From Amoebidium appalachense (Eukaryota; Protista; Ichthyosporea): 64,000 bases of DNA. The position numbers and the translations under genes are program-made. Shown in pieces: positions 1 through 64,000 of the stretch; positions within the stretch are counted from its first letter, which is position 1; each line of letters starts with the position of its first letter. The notes under the pieces are model-generated. The model ran no database searches, was not told the DNA's origin, and saw only the letters and a program-made list of their open reading frames with translations. Where the stretch lies: assembly GCA_963693365.1 (NCBI GenBank), contig CAVNZM010000001.1, forward strand, positions 10,256,161 to 10,320,160, in the 5' to 3' direction.

Positions 1-32
1 CACCAATATAGTAGTAACCTCATATTAGCTCA

Positions 33-272
33 CAGGGGTAGGCTAAGTATTAATATATTATTTTTCCGAATTTAAGATATTAGTGCTAGAAGTTCGGATA
101 TATCAAGACTCGATGACAGCTAACTAACTATTAACCCCCGGTACATATTGATATTTGAGAATCAGATATTTTTTTCCTAAAAAAAAAGCGATTAAAAAAC
201 AATAAAAAAAGTAGGCATATCCCTCGCTGGCTAGGCCAATATTCACGTAACCTAAATTTCGGCCTACCCCTG
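33..272. mobile_element. Putative MITE (non-autonomous DNA transposon) with CAGGGGTAGGC termini
   Basis: CAGGGGTAGGC at 33-43 and its reverse complement GCCTACCCCTG at 262-272 enclose an AT-rich, non-coding 240-bp element. No clean TSD is seen, so the superfamily (hAT or Tc1/mariner-like) is unresolved. Confidence 0.5.
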
Positions 273-513
273 TAGTGTCCATGCAACTCGAATGAAGCTA
301 CACAAGTACATTACCAGTGTTTTGATCGTCGGACAGTATCCAACTATGATAAGCTATCACGGTACATGCACAACACCATGCGAGCACAACAAACAACAAA
401 ATCGGACATGTTATCCAACTAAGATAAGTTATGTGCAGGCACAATGCCATACATGCACAACCGTTCCCATTACATGCTACGACAAAATAAAATATTCAAT
501 CATATTCCAAGTT

Positions 514-1259
514 CTATGTATGAGCGCATGGGAGTGCATTACATACCTGGCGAGTGCTCCGAGTCATTTCGCTCACTGCAGCTGTTGTGTTTACCGCGGC
601 TGCAGCTGCACGACCTGAAGCCCACCGGACAGGTAAACTCGGGGCTGCGTGCACACCATTCACACCAGCGTTAGCGGGCATGATGCTCTCGTATTCTGGT
701 GGCATGTTGATGCCTTCACGCGTGCAGGAATGAGTGGCGGCACCATCCCCAGTATCCAGGATTGCCAACAGCACGGAAGGAGGTTCCTGTCGTGCGATGG
801 CGTTTCTCAGCAAAACCATTTTGTCGCTCAGACTAGCAGATGTTTCTTCAACAGTGTAGTGATCTCTCAGCTGTGCGGACTGTTCGAGTTTTTTTTTCTA
901 GTTCCTTTACTTTCACTGTCAGCTCATTATTATCTTCTTCCAATCCGTTCATTTTCTTTAGATCTACTTTCCTCGTTTTTCTGGTCGTGTATGTTCGTCA
1001 GCCGGGTCAATTCATTATCCATTTCCTCCAGCTCTCTTTCTCTCGCATCTAGTTCTTGCTCTCTCACCTGCACATTCTGCTCTCGAACTCTCAATTCTTT
1101 CTGTTTCTTTTCCCTCTCTTTTTCTTCCTCCTTGTTTTTTGCTTCTATCTGCTCCACCCTTTTCTTCACCCCTGCAGTGTAAGCTGCGGTTAGTTCTTGC
1201 AACAAACTGCTTGCCATGTCTGCAATCGTGGTTTTTGCATTATGCTCACTCTGCGCCAT
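514..1259 (-). pseudogene. Intronless coiled-coil protein ORF broken by two +1 frameshifts (pseudogene or assembly indels)
   Basis: ORF 1259-930 (MAQSEHNAK...EEEKEREKKQKELRVREQ..., E/K/R-rich) continues after a +1 shift as LKKMNGLEEDNNELTVKVKELEKK. A second +1 shift in the A-run at ~888-897 gives LEQSAQLRDHYTVEETSASLSDKMVLLRNAIARQ..., which is ORF 819-514. The frame offset 1259-819=440 (mod 3 = 2) fits two +1 shifts. Confidence 0.5.
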
Positions 1260-1438
1260 TTTGCAGTTTTATAAAACTATAGCTACTGCATGAGAGACCT
1301 GTCAACGCAGCAACAACATACTAATCTTTTAGAGGCGTAGAGCGAATACATACAGCCAGCCCCTAACACGTACTGACATGTTGCCGCACGTGCGACATTA
1401 TACATCTACTTGAGGCGGCTTGAGGTGTCCCTTTTTGC

Positions 1439-1474
<36 letters not shown>

Positions 1475-1807
1475 TGACACCGCCTCAGTAGGTGGTAGAG
1501 CCAGCCCCAACAAGGACAACACTGTAAGCATACATGCACTGGCCTGGGTGAGCCGCGAGCGCTGTTCAGTTGCCCAAAAAGGCAACAACCACCGGCGTTT
1601 AGCCTCGACCGAAGGTGATTCGAACTGTGTACATATGTGGTTGTTCCGTACCTGTCGCCGTGTTCACTAAACAGAATAAAATATTAGTCAACACACACAG
1701 TGGGTGCTTAATATATTATTCAGGGTGAACCTTCCATGGCATCTAATTTACATTAATCTCGTTCGACCCATCTATCATAGTTCCGACACAAATCCACGCC
1801 ATATATA

Positions 1808-1809
1808 CG

Positions 1810-1864
<55 letters not shown>
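1808..1864. repeat. (TA)n microsatellite
   Basis: Run of TA dinucleotides visible directly. Confidence 0.9.
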
Positions 1865-1866
<2 letters not shown>

Positions 1867-2279
1867 CTACTTTTTTTATTGTTTTATTATTATTATTATA
1901 TATATATACATACACCATACGCGTTAACACCTAGCTAGATCTTCAAAGGAGACATACCGTACCAAGAGGGCAACATTCTGTGTGCAAATACCAAAATCGA
2001 TTGCACACGTCTCTCAGGCATGTGATCAAATGCATGTTTCACATACTAAAGTGGCAGCTTATAACTCGCCATACATGCTTAATATGGTAACTAAGTCATA
2101 TTTGGAAAACACTTCCCATAATTGCAACTACTTGATTTGGATGCCCTCCCTTAAATGACAACTATCCGCCGTGCATGACGAACTATTTTCTTATACATGA
2201 CTCCTACTTACTATACATGGCAACCACTTGCTATATTAATACTTGCCAAATATGGCAAATACCTTGCTAAATCAGGCAG

Positions 2280-5873
<3,594 letters not shown>

Positions 5874-6840
5874 TTTCGTTTTTTAGCAACGCAGAAGACA
5901 CTGAGTTTGAACTGAGACAGTCTGAGTACATACACAACCGAGCGTTCGTTTATATAAGTACACACAGCCAATATGAGATGCTAACGCAAGGATATAGATT
6001 GGACAAAAATTGAATATATTGGTGTTTGGATTGGTCGTTAAAACTTTACCCACGCACTATTAGCGAAATATCATGAGCAAAACCTATTACTACACCGTTT
6101 CTTTCTAGATCTGAGATCTTAGATTTGTTGACCACCAATCGATAGGAAGATAAATAACCAAATATGTCTACTAATGTTAAAATTTCAAAATGCCAAGATC
6201 TTGCAACTTGAACCTGCAAGTTGCAGTTTGAAGTTAGCCAAGCTGGTTTTAAACAACAACAAGAAAAACAGGAGGATGCCAAACTGTGTTGGCTTTAACA
6301 AACGCCTAACCGGCTTGAAACTAATGCACAAAACCCCAGGATTCCAGCTGTATGCCATGTAAGTTCAGGTTGTAGGAGGATTTCAAGGTGATGGACGGAT
6401 GTCAAAATCGTCACGCGTCGGGGCCGGCCACGGGTACCGGTCCAGCCGCGGGCTACAATATTTCTACTTTTTTTTATTGTTTTACAAAAACTTTTTTTTG
6501 TATTCCTATTTTTTTATTGTTTATATATATGTGACAGATACTGCCAGTCTGCCAGTGCATGCAAAGGGAAGAATATTCCCACTTTTTTTTATTGTTTTAT
6601 TGGATGTTATTAGTACTTTCGATGCTCTAGGGTAACTGATAGCCACACTGTTTTCGTGTCGGTGTGTTTCCGGACACGCGCGCGTGTGTGTGTGCGTGCG
6701 CCTGTGTGTGCGCTGCGCGCATGCCACAGCGCTCGACAGGAAGTTCAACGGTCTGTACACACGCGTGCACGTACGGGCTTCTTGGCTGGTGCTCCCCTAT
6801 CTGTTTTGTGGATTAGTGATGAAATCGAGACGGGGGAGAA

Positions 6841-6902
<62 letters not shown>

Positions 6903-7672
6903 GGGGAGAGGAGGGGATTTGGGGGGGTAGCACACGCGTGTAACACTACACAAGAGCAAAAAGCAGAGGGCAGCAATTCGGAAGCTAGGATCATGGAAAA
7001 ATGAGATGGAAAGGAGATCCATCAAGACGCGATGTGCAGTGCAGTGCACGTGTGCACATTATGAATACGCTTTTGCGCGGTCTGAGATATAAACGGAGGA
7101 TGTCATAAAAGTGTGGAAATAAACTATTACGCTAAGGGTGAAGACAACAGGGGCACCAAAGCCCAACAGCTGTGTTACTTTATAAACTGCTAAAGGACTC
7201 CAAAATGCTTTCCCTAACGAGTATTTGCGTAAAATCAACATTGAGTGTTTTCATTGGATTATTATTCCCGCTCTCATTATGTCGGAGTTGCATGATTGGT
7301 CATGTCATCAAAACGCCTGGGCTAGCAGCCGTTGAAAACATGAAAACTTCATGTTGGGCTCATGCGACATGCGTTCCCGAGACAGTCCGACTTCTTTTCG
7401 CTGTGTACCTACCTATTGCCGGATTGCAAGACTGCTCAGCGAGTTCTGCCTTGCTATTTTTGAATTAATTGTGTCGTTCTTTTCAAAAAAAAAAATTGTC
7501 AACATCTTTTACGATCCATCATAGATCATGACATGCTGCTATTTCAACGGCACAGTCATTTGAACCGACACAGGTCTTTTGGTCATTTGTACAACGAAAA
7601 CAATTTTGGTTTGTTTTTATATTTTCCCATATTGCTATGGCCTAAGTGAATTATTCCCCTGCGCCCGCAAAG

Positions 7673-39388
<31,716 letters not shown>

Positions 39389-40530
39389 CGCCTTTTGTGT
39401 TTTTTAAAGTGTAAACGAAAATCAGGAAGGTACTATGGGGTGGTCATAAACGTATCTGGACATGTCAAAGCAGCAAAAGCAGTGCATGAATGCTCATATT
39501 ATTAGTGTTTTTTTTTTGTTTTTTTTTTCCTCTCTCTCTCTCTCTCTTTTTTTTAAAAAAAAAAAAAATAAAGGGGGGGGGGGGGGGGGGGTGATTTACA
39601 TGAGGACTCGGATAGTGGCATCAGGCGGGGCTAAGAATGGATATATTGTACAGTTGATTCACATAGACATAAAGAATCATAGTCACTGATATAGCTTCAC
39701 CGGATATCCAGCGAGATATATCAAAAAAGAAAATTCTACCGTAGGACTGCTGAAGAGAAAAATTTTAAGCGGCATGTATGAGCTCACCTACGGTGGTCAA
39801 CAATTGCTAAGTTGTTAGCCATGTAACAGTATGTGAAATTTGAATGTGATTGATTGACACCAGAACAGCCTGGTGCTTCTTCAGCAAAGAAGTTTTCTCA
39901 TGGAAACGGATTTGGATGTCCATTTCAATGGCGACACACTCATTTACGGCAGAAATTTGTGGATAAAAACAAGTAATAGAACGTATTGTGTAATGTTTCT
40001 CCTTCTCTTCTGGCATGTAGGACCACTTGCATTAATAGCAAAAGTATCCTCTTTATTCATTTGCTTACCTAAAGGCCGAATGTTTTTTGTCTCCTCTCTT
40101 GTGCCCTCTTCCTGGAGCTGCAAGTGTGCGCAAACCAATTGAATTTAACCATCACAGCCTACGGTACTTATTATCGTGCCTGTGTGTGGCAGATCTAGAG
40201 GCTTTAATAATAATGTGATAGACAAGAGAACGTGATTTCCGAGGTGTGCACGGTACACATACGTGCCCGGAGTACTCAGGGACCGTTCGATTTCTTTCTT
40301 GTTATTTTGTGTGTGTCTGTGGCCAATGCCTAAAATGCAGGGGCCCGGCAGTGCCACTCTTGATAGTGTGATGCAGCACACAGCTGGCCCAGGTGTGCAT
40401 TTGCATATATATCCCCCCCCCCCCTCCCCTCCCCCCCCCCCCCCCTTCCACCTCCCTCCCCGGTCCCCGCACCTTCCCCCCCCCCCCCCCTCCCCCCCCC
40501 CCCCCCCCACCTCCCTCCCCGGTCTCCCCC

Positions 40531-40582
<52 letters not shown>

Positions 40583-40769
40583 GCTCTAGATCTCCCCCGT
40601 CCCACTCCTTCCGTCCAGATGTTGAAAGCTCTAAGCCTTCTTTCACGACGGTCTAGCAGCTCGGGTTGGTTGGAGGGCTCAATATATACCCGGCCGGGGC
40701 GGATTTTGGGTGGTCGTGATCACCGTGGAGATGGTGGTGGTGGTAGTGGTGGGGGGGGGGGGGGGGGGG

Positions 40770-40827
<58 letters not shown>

Positions 40828-41399
40828 CTGTATATGTCATGTGGCACGGTCTGGTCTGTGTGTGTATTTGTACACGTGTGTGTGTGTGTGATATTGTGTG
40901 TACACTATTACGTAACGTGTGTACATGTGTACGTGTGTGTCGCGAATGTGCTTGTGCGTGTGTGTGGGTACCGGTGGGTGTGCGCGCGCGTCTGTGTGTG
41001 TGCGTATGTGTGTGTGTGCGTAGGAACCAAACATCAACCCTGGCCACAGTTACGTACTGTTATCAGTATACCCTGGGGGAGAGGTCCGGGGGGTCCCGGA
41101 GGGGGGGAAGGAAGGGGGGGCCGGGGGGGGGGGGAGGGGGGGGGGGGGGGGGGAGGGGGAGGTGTGGGGAGGGGGTAGATAAAGTACAATATCAATAACG
41201 AACCCTACTACTACAGCCGGGAAACTAATTCTATAGCTAGACCCTATCCCTGATTAACCTGTTAGTGACTCCTGTATGACTCTATGGGGCATGCACGTGA
41301 TGCCCACATATGGGCCATGTGCCGTGCGTTTTACGTGAGTGCCGACAGCTGCCGGTCGGATCCGGACCTTCCAGGTCCAGGAGTCCCCCTTGACTGCAA

Positions 41400-41570
41400 A
41401 TGGCGCGAAAGAGAGCCAATCGGATTTTGACAATGGCCCACGCCCAACCAACATTTTTTTATTATAAACATATTTAGGCAAAAAACACCATAGATCAAAT
41501 AATCCACGTGATCACACTCTCGCACAGAGATCGATTTGATAGGCTCACTCAGTTGAGTCAGTGAGTCAGA
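41400..41570 (+). promoter_or_regulatory. Putative CARM1 promoter/5' region
   Basis: GGCGCGAAA (reverse complement of the E2F site TTTCGCGCC) at 41402-41410, CCAAT at ~41416, CACGTG at ~41505 and two TGAGTCA at 41554-41569. A plausible 5'-UTR intron follows (GT 41572 to AG ~41657), ending shortly before ATG 41682. Motif matches only. Confidence 0.35.
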
Positions 41571-41681
41571 GGTGTTTCGTATGAAAGAATTTTCCCTCTC
41601 TCCTTTTTGTTTTCTTTCGTTCTCCCTCTCTCTCTCCCTCTCCACACAAACTTCTAGGATCGATAGTGCACTTGCGCAAGG

Positions 41682-53718
<12,037 letters not shown>

Positions 53719-54983
53719 CCTGTTGATGTTGAAATGATAACCATAATGGTTGACAAGTGGTTTGCCTGTTGTATGTCTGTTGAAAATCCATTCCACAAAG
53801 ATGCTGTTTGAATTAGGTACGTGATAGTTTGAAAACGTTTGGCCTTACCAACTTGATTCGAGGAGGGAAAATGCATACAAAATATTCAAATGAGTCCTTG
53901 TACATGTGCATGGTTGGCTATGCCTTCAATGAACCAGAGATTTTTGGAGAATATTTTGGAGAGATTTTTGGAGACAATGACCATGGGAGGTAGCGTTTAG
54001 GCAGGTACCGAGCACTTGGCTGTGATTTGTTTAATATTCCTTTTTTTCCCCCGCTGGAAATGTAGATTGCGGCGCTTGGACGTGGGCAGGCATACGTATT
54101 AATTATAATTACTTCGCGGTTTACAGTCCGATTAGGAAAGCTGAACAAACAAAAGTATAGGCATTGTTATCTGTATTTAAAAATCAGGGAACCCTCAATT
54201 ACTCCTGACATCGATTAATACAAAGAAAACCTCTGAAGGTTTGTTTTGTTGATATGCCAACTGCGCACGTTTTCGTACAGGGGTACCCGAATATCATCCC
54301 CCCTCCCCCCCCCCCCCCCCCTTTCCCCTTGGATGCCTTTTGAGTCTTTTCTTTTTTCTTTGAAGGAGAAAAATAGAAACGAAAAAAGGAAAAACTCAAA
54401 ACACATCCAAGTTAGGGGAAGGCCGCTAGGGCGGGAGGGCCCCCGGGGGCGGGGGGGGCCCGGGGGGCAATGCTTATGTAGGCCGGGTGGCTGCGCTAAT
54501 GCATATGTGACACCCTTGCGATGCCGGGGTACACCACTGGCCAGATCGGTGCGGACATGTCAGGGTATGCTGTGTGTACAATTCAAATCTCGCGAAAGTG
54601 TATACGTGCCGGCCGCTGAGCAGCCAGATTTGCACAGTTGGGTTTGAAAGGTGTTCTTCAGGTTCTATCATATTCCTATTTTTTTTTTTAATAATTATAA
54701 ATCTATATTTACTTTTTTTTTGCCGCGGGCATCAAACATATGCCTACTTTCTTGTTCTTTTCTCACTGTTTGCAAATTTTGAGTGCAAAATTTTTAAATT
54801 TATTTCTGTTTTTCATGATATGATTGATGATTGGTTTCGGTGGTTTAGGCACAGACGCATACCACTCTCGCATACACACTGTATGCGCACACGTTCGTAC
54901 ACGCACAACTGCACACACGCGTGCGCAGACACACACATATGTTGCCTGGGGGGAGGGGGCGGGATGCCAGGGGGGCCGGGGGG

Positions 54984-55037
<54 letters not shown>

Positions 55038-55282
55038 AGGGAAGAATTCAGCCGTGTAAGTTGAGAATGGATTCGACTATAGTGAACGGTATTACTAATG
55101 TCGTCTGCACTTATGGTATAATAGTGAGGCGTATCAGTGTTGACAGTATTTGTAGCAACACGACGTCGTATATTCAATCCGGAGGAAAAACGATTATGTA
55201 GACAGAGAAGACTTAGTGAGCACTATACCGTTTGAGGTACGTGTGGGTGCAAGAAAATGGCTACCCCGGATTCAAAAAAAAA

Positions 55283-55361
<79 letters not shown>

Positions 55362-55993
55362 AAAAAAAAAAAAAGAAAAAAAAGTAGGACTGGGTGGACG
55401 GGCCGCAAGATTTGAGAGCGGAGAATGTGCTCGAGCTCCGTGCAAGAAAACGGGAAAACATTGCCAAGACGCAGAGAGGCCAATCCAATGTATTACTTGT
55501 CATGCGTGAACGGTATACATTTTTTTCATACCGTTTCTTACACCAGCAACAATACTACACATCACTGGTTAAAACTGGCACACTGCTGAACCATCATACC
55601 AACACACACATGCACGTTGTTTTTAAACTTAACTGTATTAGGTAGTCGGTTGTTTCTAGAATCTATTCGTGGTGTGGTTGCTGTTCGTTGCATATACATG
55701 AACAACGTGCCTGAACTGCCAGCATGTCACATACATATACATGCATACAAACTCTTCATTCGCAGATCTATTAATTAAGAAATAGGTCCAATACAACTTC
55801 ATACAGAGCAGCAAATATCGCACAGGAGATCACGTACATACATAGCTTTAACCAGGAGCCTTACGTGTTGCAAGCGTCTATGTACTCCTCCCTTCAAAGA
55901 AGAGATATATATATATGGGGGGGGGGGGGGGGGGGGGAGGGGGGGAGGCAAGAAACGAGAGAAGAGGGAGAGAACGAGAGGCCGAGAGGGTGT

Positions 55994-56024
<31 letters not shown>

Positions 56025-56219
56025 GGGGGGGGAGGTAAAGGGGGAGAAGGGGGAGGGGGGGGAGCGAAGGAGACTCAGGGGGAGAGAGAGAGAGACAATA
56101 AGTGTGTATTTATCCAGGGATGAAATGCTGTTAATCCATACAAAAACTTGAGAGGATGAATAAACAAACCAATAATAAACAAATTAAGAAATCAATAAAC
56201 AAACAACCAAATAAATCCA

Positions 56220-63932
<7,713 letters not shown>

Positions 63933-63958
63933 CTGTGTGTGTGTGTGTGCGTGCGTGC

Positions 63959-64000
<42 letters not shown>

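Noticed and set aside
39873-40142. Separate small gene between LIG6 and CARM1
   Set aside because: Short ORF with no recognisable motif and no consistent exon chain.

Overview
Eukaryotic genomic DNA, very intron-rich, with introns full of C/G homopolymers and (CA)n/(GT)n microsatellites. Nearly all ORFs in the supplied track are artefacts of these repeats. Splicing by hand gives four protein genes: (1) a ~252-aa, 10-exon protein I cannot identify (minus, 2280-5873); (2) a ~35-exon DNA ligase 6-like gene fusing an SNM1/Pso2-type MBL/beta-CASP nuclease, UBZ4 finger, UBA-like module, PIP box and ATP-dependent ligase (plus, ~7673-39388); (3) CARM1/PRMT4 (plus, 41682-53718); (4) the 3' half of DHX16/Prp2 (minus, 56220 to beyond the window end). 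There is also a frameshifted intronless coiled-coil ORF at 514-1259, several MITEs and a 23-bp minisatellite. Most notable is a family of at least 13 short intronic repeats that are 5'-truncated, end in C-tracts and always lie sense to the host gene. Their ~150-nt head folds into a multi-helix structure with a long-range pseudoknot supported by compensatory changes between two copies. Also notable are truncated exon copies with mostly synonymous divergence just upstream of real exons, and many 3' splice sites made of (CA)n with no pyrimidine tract. A few single-base anomalies in homopolymers suggest assembly errors. The organism cannot be determined; a unicellular eukaryote is only an inference.
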